Below are positions 17,089-28,800 of a stretch of 64,000 nt of DNA, in pieces. The stretch is from a virus. The stretch is taken from positions 64,001 to 128,000 of IMG/VR virus record IMGVR_UViG_3300034101_003866. The stretch is one strand, 5' to 3'. Both the position numbers and the translations under genes were made by a program. Within the stretch, counting starts at the first letter, position 1. Every line of letters begins with the position of its first letter. Below the pieces are notes generated by a model that had not been told where the DNA came from, did not search any database, and was given only the letters and a program-made list of their open reading frames with translations.

Positions 17089-17960
17089 GTATCACCAATT
17101 CTATTTTAAACATAGCATACGGAACATTAAATAATAGAATTAATATCCTTTATTCTCCTAGTTCTATGTTATTCGATAATATCCTTAATGATATTGATGA
17201 TATTAATTTATTTTTAGATGGAGACGAAGTATCTTCTTATTATTATGATTGTTATTTTTCTAATAATTTTTTAAATCATACAAATCATACTAAAAAACTA
17301 TCAAATCAAGCACACCTAAAAGATATTATAGCTTTTCATTCGCCTCCTCCTCCAAGTTTTAAAAAAGAAGATTTAGTACTATTACAGAATAATACTAGGA
17401 ATATCCATAAAATCTTTTTTGGTGAAGAGGTTATACGATCATGGAGATATCCTAAAGATAACAAAACAACGGTTATGAATTATGGTATTCCTGTAACTGA
17501 GCCATCAATTACAAGACATAAAAACGTTTTAATATTTAATCTAGAAAATAATCCACAAATAGACTCCTTGTATAAATCAGTATCTGCAAATATACCAAAT
17601 ACAGATATTCTTAAAACTATTAATTCAAATATATCAATTGATAATATTGGGAAATTTATATCAGAATATAAGGTCTGTATTGATCTTGGCAATATAGTTA
17701 ATAGTCTTTTTGCAATGTCTTGTGGAGTTGAATGTATCTCGCCAATTACAAATGATAAAGACAACCCACTTATGCACAGTATTAGAGATTTTAATAATAT
17801 ATTGAATATGATAACAGACATCTTATCAAAAAATATAAGCAATCAAGTACGAAACGAAGGCTCTGGCCTAGTTTATGAAAAATATAATTATAGTACATTT
17901 AAAAACAATATGGTGGAATACATGACTAATCTTAAAAACAATGAGATATTTTTACTATGA
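17085..17960 (+). CDS. divergent glycosyltransferase-like protein
   Basis: C-terminal SEYKVCIDL...LFAMSCGVECIS...EKYNYSTF resembles the GT-B C-domain. Confidence 0.55.
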   Translation: MSITNSILNIAYGTLNNRINILYSPSSMLFDNILNDIDDINLFLDGDEVSSYYYDCYFSNNFLNHTNHTKKLSNQAHLKDIIAFHSPPPPSFKKEDLVLLQNNTRNIHKIFFGEEVIRSWRYPKDNKTTVMNYGIPVTEPSITRHKNVLIFNLENNPQIDSLYKSVSANIPNTDILKTINSNISIDNIGKFISEYKVCIDLGNIVNSLFAMSCGVECISPITNDKDNPLMHSIRDFNNILNMITDILSKNISNQVRNEGSGLVYEKYNYSTFKNNMVEYMTNLKNNEIFLL

Positions 17961-18373
17961 GCAGACATTATAATATCACACATAAAAACTATGTGCCCAA
18001 TAGTTCTAATAATATAAATATAGAGTTATCTGAACTTGATAAAATCATCAATCACTCGGCTGATGGTATCTACTGTTCCTGCTTAAATTATATAAAGATT
18101 GAAGAAATAGATACTATTTTTCATAAGGTGCTTAACAAGGTTAAGCCAACAGGAGTGATAATATTTAGTATTATAGATGTTAAAAAATATTCAAGCGACT
18201 TTTTACATAGCCAACTTGGTGGACAAGAATTTTTAAGCAAACTTAATGGCGTTCAATCCATACTATCTATAGAAGATGTATATACTAGAATTGATAATAA
18301 TTTTTTCAAAATCAAACAAATCTTACAAGAGGGTGGAACAATTGATGTTGCCCTAGAAAGGATTAAATTATGA
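17957..18373 (+). CDS. truncated class I methyltransferase-like protein
   Basis: NHSADGIYCSCLNYI...KVLNKVKPTGVIIFS resembles the C-terminal half of SAM-MTases. Motif I is not seen. Confidence 0.45.
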   Translation: MSRHYNITHKNYVPNSSNNINIELSELDKIINHSADGIYCSCLNYIKIEEIDTIFHKVLNKVKPTGVIIFSIIDVKKYSSDFLHSQLGGQEFLSKLNGVQSILSIEDVYTRIDNNFFKIKQILQEGGTIDVALERIKL

Positions 18374-19125
18374 GTAATATTAATACGTCTTGTAAAAAAT
18401 GCTATTTTGCTCAGGAAACATCTTCTGAAAAGTCATGCGAATTTTATATTCCAGAAGCTATAGCTGCCAATAAAAAAATAGAAGTTATTGATAATTATAA
18501 CTATATTCATAACTATCTATGTAAATATGGATTGTCAAAAGACAAAGCCGATGAAATATCAACCAACAAAAGCGAGATTGATCTCAAAGTATATGCAAAA
18601 AGCAGAGTAGCTCCAGCTTATGATTTGTTTTGCATACTAAGTGATAATGATGATATAGAAAATATTTGTGATCATATTATAAAATTAGAGATTAAACCAG
18701 AACGTATAAATCTATCATTTAAACGAGACTATGACATGAAAAGGGCTCAGTCTGTTTGTGAGAAGATACTGGGCAATAAGATGTCTTGGAAATTACATTA
18801 TTTTCTGGAAGACAAACCAGCATATGAAACCTTACATATTGCAACATCCACAGATGATAAATTATCAAGCTGTAAATTTATATGGATAGTTAATCAAGCA
18901 ATATTAGAATCCGCTATCAACAAAGACAGTATCAATAGAATTAATTATATAGTTAATGTAGATCAGCCAGATACTGCTATTCTAATGAGTAAGATATCAG
19001 TAGATTATTTTTATGGGATATTCTTAACAATAGACAATATGAATGGAATATATAAAAATGTCAATCCCAACCTTGGGCAAGCAATAGAAGAATCGTATAA
19101 AGATACTATAGTATATTATGATTAA
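18370..19125 (+). CDS. hypothetical protein (Cys-rich N-terminus, possible GT-A-like core)
   Basis: TSCKKCYFA...CEFY...LC N-terminus. Coupled within the GT cluster. Confidence 0.55.
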   Translation: MSNINTSCKKCYFAQETSSEKSCEFYIPEAIAANKKIEVIDNYNYIHNYLCKYGLSKDKADEISTNKSEIDLKVYAKSRVAPAYDLFCILSDNDDIENICDHIIKLEIKPERINLSFKRDYDMKRAQSVCEKILGNKMSWKLHYFLEDKPAYETLHIATSTDDKLSSCKFIWIVNQAILESAINKDSINRINYIVNVDQPDTAILMSKISVDYFYGIFLTIDNMNGIYKNVNPNLGQAIEESYKDTIVYYD

Positions 19126-19795
19126 TGCTTTAATACTAGTACCAGAAATTACCAAAGGAATGAAGTCGATAGGATCCAAATCCTTACTTGAAATCAAAAA
19201 AAAATTATCGGTATTAGACTATCAAATACAGTCAATTAGAAATATAGATAAAAATATTAAAATATCAATTTGTACAGGATTTGATTCTGAAAAAATTACT
19301 AATACAATTAGTGATAATTATGAAAACATTAATTATATATATAATGAACAATATAAAACAACCAATCAAGCACACTCTATAAAGATATATTTAGAACAAT
19401 ACGATAACTGTGAAAAACTATTAATTGTCTCAAATGGCGTCTTATTCAAAGATAAGTGCATAACTAAAAATATGTTAACTAATGAATGTAAAGTATTCAT
19501 TTTAAATAAAACTCGTGAAAATTTTAATCTTGGATGTTCAGAGCAACAGCATTTTGAATATCTCTTTTATGATCTGCCAGAACTATGGTCGGAATGTATC
19601 TATTTGAATAAAGAAGCATTGACAGTATTACGAAATTTATTTACAAGTAACTATACCACTCAAATGTATCTTTTTGAACTAATCAATGAAATGATAAATA
19701 AAAATATACTATTTAAAAAACAATATATTGATAAAAAATTAATTATGAAAATCTGCAATTTTAAGGATATGGCTAAGGCTAAAAATTTTATATGA
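19118..19795 (+). CDS. sugar/choline-phosphate nucleotidyltransferase-like protein (degenerate)
   Basis: ALILVPEITKGMKSIGSKSLL, VLDYQI, ICTGF, YIYNEQYKTTNQAHSI, LLIVSNGVLF: LicC/NTP_transferase layout. Confidence 0.7.
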   Translation: MINALILVPEITKGMKSIGSKSLLEIKKKLSVLDYQIQSIRNIDKNIKISICTGFDSEKITNTISDNYENINYIYNEQYKTTNQAHSIKIYLEQYDNCEKLLIVSNGVLFKDKCITKNMLTNECKVFILNKTRENFNLGCSEQQHFEYLFYDLPELWSECIYLNKEALTVLRNLFTSNYTTQMYLFELINEMINKNILFKKQYIDKKLIMKICNFKDMAKAKNFI

Positions 19796-20526
19796 CAACA
19801 TTATTAGTTCAAAACTCTAAATCTAAATTTATACAAAGCACTATATATTCTAATATTCCTAATATTAATATTATTGGATCTAATATAGATAATCACCTAT
19901 ATAAGATATACTATTCACATAATCCTACTCATGCTATATTTTGCGCTAACAGACTTACTGATGAAATTATTCAGTTCATATCTGACTTCGCTTCCTCAAA
20001 GATAAAATGTTTTATATATCATGAGAATTTATCTTTTGAGATTCTGGATAAATTAAAAGACCTATCAGTAATTAATATTAGTAGTATCAAGATTAAATCT
20101 GAATATCAATCTGTGTTATTGCCTAAAAATCTAGTTAATAGTCAGTTATTTTATAATAACCCATCCATAGTTAAGAAAGAATCAATAGTATGTTTCATGG
20201 ATAATTATGAGACTATTCCAGAAAGCATAAGCAATTACTTATATCCTAAAACAAATATTCCAATAAAATTATTTAATAATAATAGTATTGCCCATTATCA
20301 AAATCTTGGTCTACTAGACGAATCAAATAAAGCAAATATCTTACAATCTAATAAATATTATGTATCTATAGCAAATAATAAAAATGACTATTCTTTAGAG
20401 GCTAGTCTTTGTGGCAGTATAGTTCTTGATGTTGACCAAATTCAAAATTATGAAACAATAGAATATACAGAACCAAAAGACTATTACGATCTAGCAACTT
20501 TTATTAAAGAAAGTATTTTAATATGA
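19792..20526 (+). CDS. divergent glycosyltransferase-like protein
   Basis: LVNSQLF, IKLFN, QNLGLL, YSLEASLCGSIVL resemble GT-B/CgeB-like C-domains. Confidence 0.5.
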   Translation: MTTLLVQNSKSKFIQSTIYSNIPNINIIGSNIDNHLYKIYYSHNPTHAIFCANRLTDEIIQFISDFASSKIKCFIYHENLSFEILDKLKDLSVINISSIKIKSEYQSVLLPKNLVNSQLFYNNPSIVKKESIVCFMDNYETIPESISNYLYPKTNIPIKLFNNNSIAHYQNLGLLDESNKANILQSNKYYVSIANNKNDYSLEASLCGSIVLDVDQIQNYETIEYTEPKDYYDLATFIKESILI

Positions 20527-20978
20527 ATGATGTAGGTTTTATTTTGGTTAAACTTTTAAATGATGAAGTTCACGATAATATACTTTCTACTATCAAAGAA
20601 ATTGAAAAAAATAATCCATACGGACAAACTGTAATTTTCAATAGTTATTGCGAGAAGGCCAATCTGTATAATTTGCCAGTATTGCATTTAAGTCAATCAC
20701 AATTCTTTAATGGAACCTTATTTGTATTTGATTTACCTAGTGTTATACTTACTAATAAATTCCCAAATTTAAAGAAAAGAATATTGTATACCAATTCCTT
20801 GCCTTGGTCCAGTAATCCCGGCACCAGATACGAGGAATGGAAATCTCTTTATGATCAAGAGTCATTAGATATTTTAGTAAATAGTACCGACGTATATAAT
20901 ATATATAACATATGCTGGAAAAAACCAATAGGAATATCTGAAAGGTTTAATTATGAAGAAGTCTCAAAATTTATATGA
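20523..20978 (+). CDS. hypothetical protein of the glycosyltransferase cluster
   Basis: 151-aa ORF with ATGA overlap and an alpha/beta pattern. Confidence 0.6.
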   Translation: MNDVGFILVKLLNDEVHDNILSTIKEIEKNNPYGQTVIFNSYCEKANLYNLPVLHLSQSQFFNGTLFVFDLPSVILTNKFPNLKKRILYTNSLPWSSNPGTRYEEWKSLYDQESLDILVNSTDVYNIYNICWKKPIGISERFNYEEVSKFI

Positions 20979-21750
20979 CAGTTTGACAGATTCTGACAAA
21001 CTTGGACTATTACAAACTTTGTATATTGATCAAAAACATAGTTTCGCAGATATAGCGTCGATGCATGGAACTTATGCTAATAAAATCAGGCGAGACGCTA
21101 AAAGACTTAATTTAAATATTAGAGATAAATCAGAGGCCCAAAAGAATGCTTTGAGTACCGGTAAGCATGAACATCCAACCAAGGGTAAAAAAAGAAACGA
21201 CTCTGTTAAACAGAAAATAGGAAAGTCTGTTATGGACTCTTGGGATAATCTCACAAAAACAGAATTAGAACAAAGAAAACAGAAAGCTAAATTAGCTTGG
21301 GAAAAATTAGATGAAGATACTAAGATTAATATGCAGCAATCAGCAATGAAAGCAGTTAGAGAGTCCAGCAAAACAGGATCAAAATTAGAAAAATTCATAC
21401 ATAAAAAATTGTTGAGCTTAGGATATCAAGTTCAGTTTCATAAAGAGCAATCGTTGGTAAATACCAAGTTGCAGATTGATATCTTTTTGCCTACTATTAA
21501 TACGGCCATTGAGGTTGACGGTCCAAGTCATTTTGAACCAGTTTGGGGAGAAAAGAGTTTGGAACGTAATGTTGGATATGATCAAAAGAAAGAGGGCTTG
21601 ATAACTGGAAGAGGATGGCATCTGATTAGAATTAAGCAATTAAAAGATTATTCTCCTTCACGAGCATCATTGGTGGTTGAAAAATTGATACCAATTCTTG
21701 ATAAATGTTCAAATGAAAAAACTCCACAAAAAATAATAATAGAGGACTGA
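20953..21750 (+). CDS. Vsr/DUF559-like endonuclease with HTH and NUMOD3-like motif
   Basis: SFADIASMHGTYANKIRR, HPTKGKKRNDSVKQKIG, GSKLE, QIDIFLP, AIEVDGPSHF. Confidence 0.8.
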   Translation: MKKSQNLYDSLTDSDKLGLLQTLYIDQKHSFADIASMHGTYANKIRRDAKRLNLNIRDKSEAQKNALSTGKHEHPTKGKKRNDSVKQKIGKSVMDSWDNLTKTELEQRKQKAKLAWEKLDEDTKINMQQSAMKAVRESSKTGSKLEKFIHKKLLSLGYQVQFHKEQSLVNTKLQIDIFLPTINTAIEVDGPSHFEPVWGEKSLERNVGYDQKKEGLITGRGWHLIRIKQLKDYSPSRASLVVEKLIPILDKCSNEKTPQKIIIED

Positions 21751-21754
21751 TTTT

Positions 21755-22483
21755 ATGGTTAAAAAGGAAAAGACAGAGAAGGTTGAAGAGGTTAAGTCGG
21801 ATATTGTTGATAAGAAGATTCCAAAAGCTACAGACTTAGAATGGACCGATTATGTTTTAAGCCTATTATCGGAAGATGAAAAAATATCAGGAAATCCAAC
21901 AACCGACGGATTAAGACGAATTTTTGAAATTGCTCTTAATTGTAGAGTGGTTGTTTCTAGTTCTAAGGTTGTACAATCTCCTGATCCAAATAATGAAAAA
22001 AGAGCCACTGTGGTTCATTCTGTTGTGTATCTTTTAAATGATGCCTCTCCTGACAGACCTGAATTTAATACCGTGTCTGTAGATGGAGCAGCGGACGTTT
22101 ATTGGGGGAACTGTGATAAGGTTTATAGGAATCATCCTGTGGCAGTAGCAGAAACCAGAGCAGAAGGAAGAGCTTTAAGGAGAGCACTTAAGCTAAGGAA
22201 AGTAGTAGCAGCAGAAGAATTGGCCAAAGAAATTGAAGATAATCCAGATAACAGTAGTGTTTCTAAGATTAGTAATAATCAGATTAATTTTATTGACGTT
22301 ATGGCTCAAAGACTTAATATAAATGTGGTTAAGTTGTTTAATAATAATCAATTACCCACAGATAATGTCTATTCTGTTTCTCATGATGATGCTGTTAATA
22401 TTATTAGATTGTTATCGAAGTATCAACAAAACATATCAGAGATTGCAGAAGATATTATGGGATACTCTAGCGATTGGAAATAA
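21755..22483 (+). CDS. probable Rad52/Sak-like single-strand annealing protein
   Basis: GLRRI, ATVVHSV, GAAD, VAVAETRAEGRALRRAL...AEE helix, and a C-terminal ISNNQINFI helical domain. Confidence 0.55.
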   Translation: MVKKEKTEKVEEVKSDIVDKKIPKATDLEWTDYVLSLLSEDEKISGNPTTDGLRRIFEIALNCRVVVSSSKVVQSPDPNNEKRATVVHSVVYLLNDASPDRPEFNTVSVDGAADVYWGNCDKVYRNHPVAVAETRAEGRALRRALKLRKVVAAEELAKEIEDNPDNSSVSKISNNQINFIDVMAQRLNINVVKLFNNNQLPTDNVYSVSHDDAVNIIRLLSKYQQNISEIAEDIMGYSSDWK

Positions 22484-22485
22484 AT

Positions 22486-22821
22486 ATGAAAGTTTTATAC
22501 AGAGCGAGTGATAAGTTATCTTTTGAGCTTGAAGGATCTGGTCAAAAGGAAATATTTAAAGAATTAGCACTAATTCAAGAAATTTTTGCTGAAGCGAAGT
22601 GCGGATTGTGTGGAAGCACTAATCTAAGATTTATAGTAAGGAATGTAGAAGGAAATGACTACTATGAGATTAGGTGCATAGATTGTGGTGCTATATTAGC
22701 ATTCGGTCAGCATAAGAAGGGCGGGACATTGTTTCCAAAAAGAAAAGATGATGATGGAAATAATCTTCCAAACAGAGGCTGGCATAAGTGGACAGCTAAA
22801 GATACTAAAGATAAGAACTAA
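22486..22821 (+). CDS. zinc-ribbon protein
   Basis: CGLC...CIDC. ATG 22486 follows the upstream stop at 22483. Confidence 0.7.
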   Translation: MKVLYRASDKLSFELEGSGQKEIFKELALIQEIFAEAKCGLCGSTNLRFIVRNVEGNDYYEIRCIDCGAILAFGQHKKGGTLFPKRKDDDGNNLPNRGWHKWTAKDTKDKN

Positions 22822-22837
22822 TTATTCTCTTAATTTT

Positions 22838-22875
22838 CGACAACCCTGCGTTTATATCGGGCGCAGGCGTTGTCG
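22838..22875. terminator. hairpin, likely bidirectional terminator between the convergent blocks
   Basis: CGACAAC-CCTGCG...CGCAGG-C-GTTGTCG inverted repeat in the 58-nt gap between converging stop codons. Confidence 0.75.
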
Positions 22876-22879
22876 TTAA

Positions 22880-25800
22880 TTATTCATATTCGTATGGTAT
22901 CATTTCCCACGGAAAATAACTAGCAGCAACATCTGACTTATTTTCTATTTTGTCAACACTGCCAAAAAATGACCTGAATATCATTTCATTTTGTAGTTTA
23001 AAAAAGTCCGGCAATGTTGTTGGCTCAAGACTAAATGTTGCAGGATTCCTTTGTAGTGCCACCCAAACATACAGACTATTATTTATATTACCTACTTGAG
23101 CATTAACTAAATCTGTTTCGTATGGAACTGGGGGACTTGTAAAACTAGCTGGTCTAAAATCAGACTTTGATCCATATCTATATACTGTGGATAAAATATC
23201 AACTCCTCTTAACATTCTAGGTATTCTTTTTACCATCACAGATATATTATTTGCATTGTCTAGATTCACGATATTACAAACTCTGGTTGGTTTTCCTATT
23301 CTAGTATTGTCTAATGTCATCATGCCTTTTCCTCCTGGACTTCCAATATTCGTTTGACAACTACCAATTCCCGGCAAATCTAAAGTATCACCAGAATTAT
23401 CATTGCCTTGATTTTCATTTGTTAATGGTACTGCATATAGTTCTGTTGATTCTATTGTTATCTCAGCACCTGGACCAAGGATATTATCCATGGTTTGATC
23501 ACCATTAATATTAAAATATCTTAGTTTAGTCAAAGTTTTCCATCCTGTAATAGCAGGATACTGTCTCTGGAATGCGGTTTTTTGTTGATCAATAGCATTA
23601 CTATTTATTGTATATGTAAACTCATCAACATTAGATGTCACATTCTCTGTCGCACCAAAATCAAATTTTATTGTTTGATTAGGTTTAGTTGTAAAGTATG
23701 GACATATATTGTTATCTATATAGGGACTAGCAACACCCAGAACGGGATTAGCTTCTGTGCATTTATATTTTGTTGAAATTAATACTTTTGGATTGCTGTC
23801 AAAATCTTGAAAACACGACTGCTTACTGTCAATATTAATCCAGTAATGATCTTTATTAGCCTCTCTGTAATAAATATAAATTGGACCAGACTGTTCTCCT
23901 TCATTTGCTCCTCGCCAATCAATTCCAGATAATACTGGTTCAATTTTTGGTAGTACGTGCGGAGATATTCTTCTAGGGTCCGTTATTGGTAGTGATGATT
24001 TTAATTTATAGTTAGAGTAATCCGATCTGTTTAATTGGTATGTGGTATTATTTGCAGGAATATCAAAGACTGCTTGTTCGTCTAATAATTGTATTATTGA
24101 ATTTTTTTCTTCTAATAAGTCTTTAATGGTTTTATATGTTCTAGTTTTATTGCATGCTAACACTAACGGCTGATTAGCGATGTCACAGTTGATGGGATCG
24201 TCTTCTAGTTTGTCGTAGTGTTTTTGCAAATATTTTAATTTAGAAGAATTTAATATTGTTGACGTTGATCCTGGAACACCAACCGCTCCTTCAAGCGCAG
24301 TGTCTACTCCTGTGCTCTCAATAGTAGATAATCTGGAAGTAAGCCAACTAAACTCATTACTAGTAATAGATCTCATTGGTTTATATTCATAATACTTATT
24401 CTCTATCTCTAACTCACCAGTACTTATTCCTGAAGTTAATGGATTTAGTCCATCATCTGTTCGTATGATTGAAAAATTACTTGGTATATCATTATATGAA
24501 GATGAGAACTCTATATTTTTAACTATCACATCATGATTAGTGGTATCATCGGTATCGGATTTAATATAATAATAATCCTTATTTTCTTTTTCTTTTCTAA
24601 AGATTGGAGTTAAAACATTCAAATCTTCTTTAGAATATGAGAAGCCATAGCTAGAATTAGAAACAAAACCAGTATTTTCTACCCCACTTACAAAGATTTT
24701 TATCTTGTTATGCTTTATCTTATCGTTATTTCTATTATTAAAAATATCATTAATTTCTTGTAATTGATTATTATGTATGTTATTTGACAATATATTTTTA
24801 TTAACAAACAAAGACATGTCGCCATAAGATCCAACTGAATGAGTTGTTGGAGCAATATCTGTTATATTATTGAATACGTTTTTATTAATATAATCTGATC
24901 CCCATATATTGTATTTTTTACTTGTCTTATCTATAATCGTTGTTTCGTCTTTATATGTTAAGAAAATATTCATTGTATTAGGAACAGACATTAGGTTGTA
25001 TCCAGAAACACTATTCTCAAATACCAGTAAAGAATAGTATTTATTATTTTTATAAATTAATCCCTTTTTACTTATTGTTGCATTAGTTGAGGAGACTCCA
25101 GAACAACTAACTATATCTCCCTTTTTAAATATGTCATAAGGTATTTTGCCTTTGACTAGCACAGCCTTATTGTCTGATAAATCGGTACTAGATAAAGAAT
25201 TAGAAGATCCTAAAATAGCATTATGCTGTAAATAATGGTTTGCTTTAGATAGTGCTGAAGGATCTAGTTTCAGATTTGTCCAAGTTTCATTATTTCTTGC
25301 AATACATATTTGCGATGGATTTTCACATTCATTTCCTGTAAATGCAACCCTAACTATATCTCCTTCGTTGATGAATGAGTCCGATATAGCAGCGGGCAGA
25401 GGTGAACTTGGTAAATTTGATTCACAGCTTAAATTTATTTGTTTAATAAAATTTTGATCAATTAAGTCTTCAATAGAATTAACAAGATCAAATGAGAAAT
25501 CTCCTAATCCATCTACCCCTCCAGATAATTTTATAAACTTGTATCTATCTGGTTTTAGTATTGGGGTGTTATGATATTTAAAAATACTAGCTTCAGCAGT
25601 ATACCATAAAGAGTTAGGCTTTTTAAAGTTTATTAATATTTTTTCTGGTGACCCAAATGGGTATTTTGCATAACTGGGAAAATAAATCTGTCTTCCTTGA
25701 TTTGTTAAATTTTCAGCAAATCGAACTTCTTTAAAATAATCAAAAATAGCATTATAGCCAGGACTATTTACCGCGCCCTCAAGACCAGCTAAAGCGCCAA

Positions 25801-28800
25801 CTAAAGTTCCCCCAGTAGTTGCTCCATAACCAGCTAGAGCAGTCATAATTTGTATTATAGCATAATATGGGAATACTGGTGGCCTAACCATAACCCCCTG
25901 ACCTGTTGGATCATCCTGGGATGTTAAACACGTTGTTGAGTCAGATATGCAGGAGTAGGGAGCATTATAATTAGCTATTGGAAGTAAGTGTTTTTGATCT
26001 GTCAGATCCGTTATAAAACTGTATGATGGATATGATGGATCTTTTTTATAGTCAAATAATGACAAAGCATCATTATTACCATAAGAGGCTAAACTGGGAT
26101 TGGTATTTGGTACTGGATCTCTAACAGAACCAACATGAAGTATCAATTCCCAATTGCATAATGAATTATATAATAAATGTGATTTTGTATTAGTTTCTGT
26201 ACTCTCTAATCCCGACAAATACTGATTATTTATTGTTGAATCTAAAACATTCATATCGTCTTCTTCATCAAGAACCATAATATTCAGAGTAAATGTGGTT
26301 TTTCCATCAAAATCCCCATCTCTTTGTTTTGGCGAGCCCTCTAAACACGGCCCAGATTCTGGAGCTAGATTTTTAAAAAGTAATTCTGAAACGAACTTAC
26401 TAAAACTATTGTTACTAATATTTAATTTATTATGTTTTATAATAGAAGAATATTCACAACACTCTCTATCAGAATATCCTGTTGCGGCTACAGTTGGCAA
26501 TAATTCATCATTTGATCTTATGATATTTTGCATTTTAGAAACTTGACTTGTCATATAAGAATACTGTCCACTTGGATGATAATATCCAGAACCTAACAGA
26601 TTCATATCACAAGGAGTATTATGCTTTGAAGCGTGATCTGAGAATTTCACACTAAAATTATACTTATTATTTTGTATTGTTTCTTGGTTTAATAAAACCA
26701 GTTTAAATGAGCTAGGTGATGCTCCTGATGGACTATTGATTCCAACTAAATCTTTCAGATAATTTTCAATCTTTGCATTATTAAGAGATCCTGTGATTCT
26801 ATTCTGGTTTGTCGAATAATTTCCAAAAAATATCCTAGGATCGAATGTTTGATCTAAAAATTCTGAAGTGCTTTTGAGTGGGGATGGTGGAGGATTGGCC
26901 ATGGAACGAAATCTAGGAACGCCTTCAGCATCACAGTAATCAACATCTAGCCAAACAACCATATTTTTGGTATTAACATAATTTAAAAAGTTTAATTTAA
27001 CCTCAATATCTTTTATTCCAAATCCATTTACTCTTGGAATTCTAAATTGCATTCGTCCATCTGGTAATTGAATTTTTTCTGGCAAAGAATGAGGTCCGGT
27101 AACAGCAAATGAATAAGAAAAATTAGTTTGACCCTGATCGGTTAAAAACTCGTCGTTAGCTATTGGATAATTATTTGTGGCTGTTGGTTCTATGCCTTTT
27201 GGTTCTCCACCAGAAAGTATTCTGTATCCATGATTACTAGAATTATTAACACTTGTGATTTTTGTATCTATATAATTTTTATGTTTTTGATTATTATTAT
27301 ATAATTCAATATCCTGCCCCGGCCTTATATCTGCACAAGAACATAACATATCCCACTGAATTTCTTTTGCTATTCCTAATGTTATTGAACTGGAAAAAGT
27401 TTTTGATTGTATTGTGCTATTCTCAATATTTATTGGTCCAGATCGTAATCTTGTTATTTGTGGGCCTAAGAAACTAAAAGAGTCTCTTGCTCCAGGATTA
27501 AACTTTAATACTGATCCTCTATTTGCATGTATGGAATACTCATTTCCTCCAGAATATGGTATCCATCCACTATTTGGATGAAAAGCCCCTTTAGTAAATG
27601 GCATTATTAAACCGGTGCCACTTACCATTACTGCTTTTTGATAGCATAATTTATATGTTGATGTATCCGGAAAATTACGATAGTTTAATGGAAAACCGGT
27701 TACAACAGGTAGATTTGTTGATGCTCCTTGTCCAGCAACTATTCCTTTATCATTAATTGAGACCTGTGGTTTGGTGAGTCCATTAATATCTACTCCTATG
27801 GAATCTATGAATTTTTTACTATATCCTCCATAGGCTTTAACTTTTGGTGCTTTTTTTGTACTAATCACTGGGAAATTAAAAATACCACTATCTCTAATAC
27901 ATTTTGCTAAATTTCTTGTAGTATCCCACTCGTATGCTCTTAGCTGAAATGCTTCAGGATCCTTATTGGTTCTTGTGGTTTTATTAAAGTCATAATTTTT
28001 TGTGTCTACAATATTTCCATTGCTATCTGAGGTAGAAATTTTAGCATGACTTTTATAACTTCTAATTTTTGGAAAATATAAGCTCAAACATTGAGAACAT
28101 TCGTCTTGATCTGTTCTAATTTTTTCTAGCCAGACCGAATGCAATTTTACTATTGTATTATTAGTTTCAAATATCAAAGTTAGTGGACATGTATCTTTAT
28201 GTGTATAATTTGCACTATAGCTAAAAATATAATCTTTAGATAATGAATATACATCGTCTTGGCTTGCTGAGCCAAATGTTCCTATAAATTCTCTAACAGA
28301 AAAATCTGTTTTTATCGGATAAATCACCCCATGATAATTACTAATTGCTATTTTGTTTATCTTTGATATGTTTGATTTTACTAGATCTTTATCAAGAATT
28401 AATGGAATATTTTCATTCGCAATGTACGATGGAGTAACCGACGGTGGATATACCCAAGATATGTTTTTACTATCCCAATATTTACCATAAGAAATAGCAT
28501 TTTCTTTCATAGCCCCACCCTGACCAATCACTAACTGTCTACCATCAACAATGTATACGGTTTTTTGTTTTTTAAATGTCCCAAACGGACTAGATATTGT
28601 GCATTGAAAAGTATATTTACCAGTATAATTTGCATAGAATGTAACCTCATTAGAGGTTCCAGACAATAGTTCATTTTTACCAAAAGTTCCCTGCGGACCT
28701 TCTAATTGTTCCCAAAAGAAAGAATTTTGACCATTAATATAATTTGTTAAAAGAAGTATGGAGCCCTCATCATAAGATTTCTCTATTTCTGCTATCTCCA

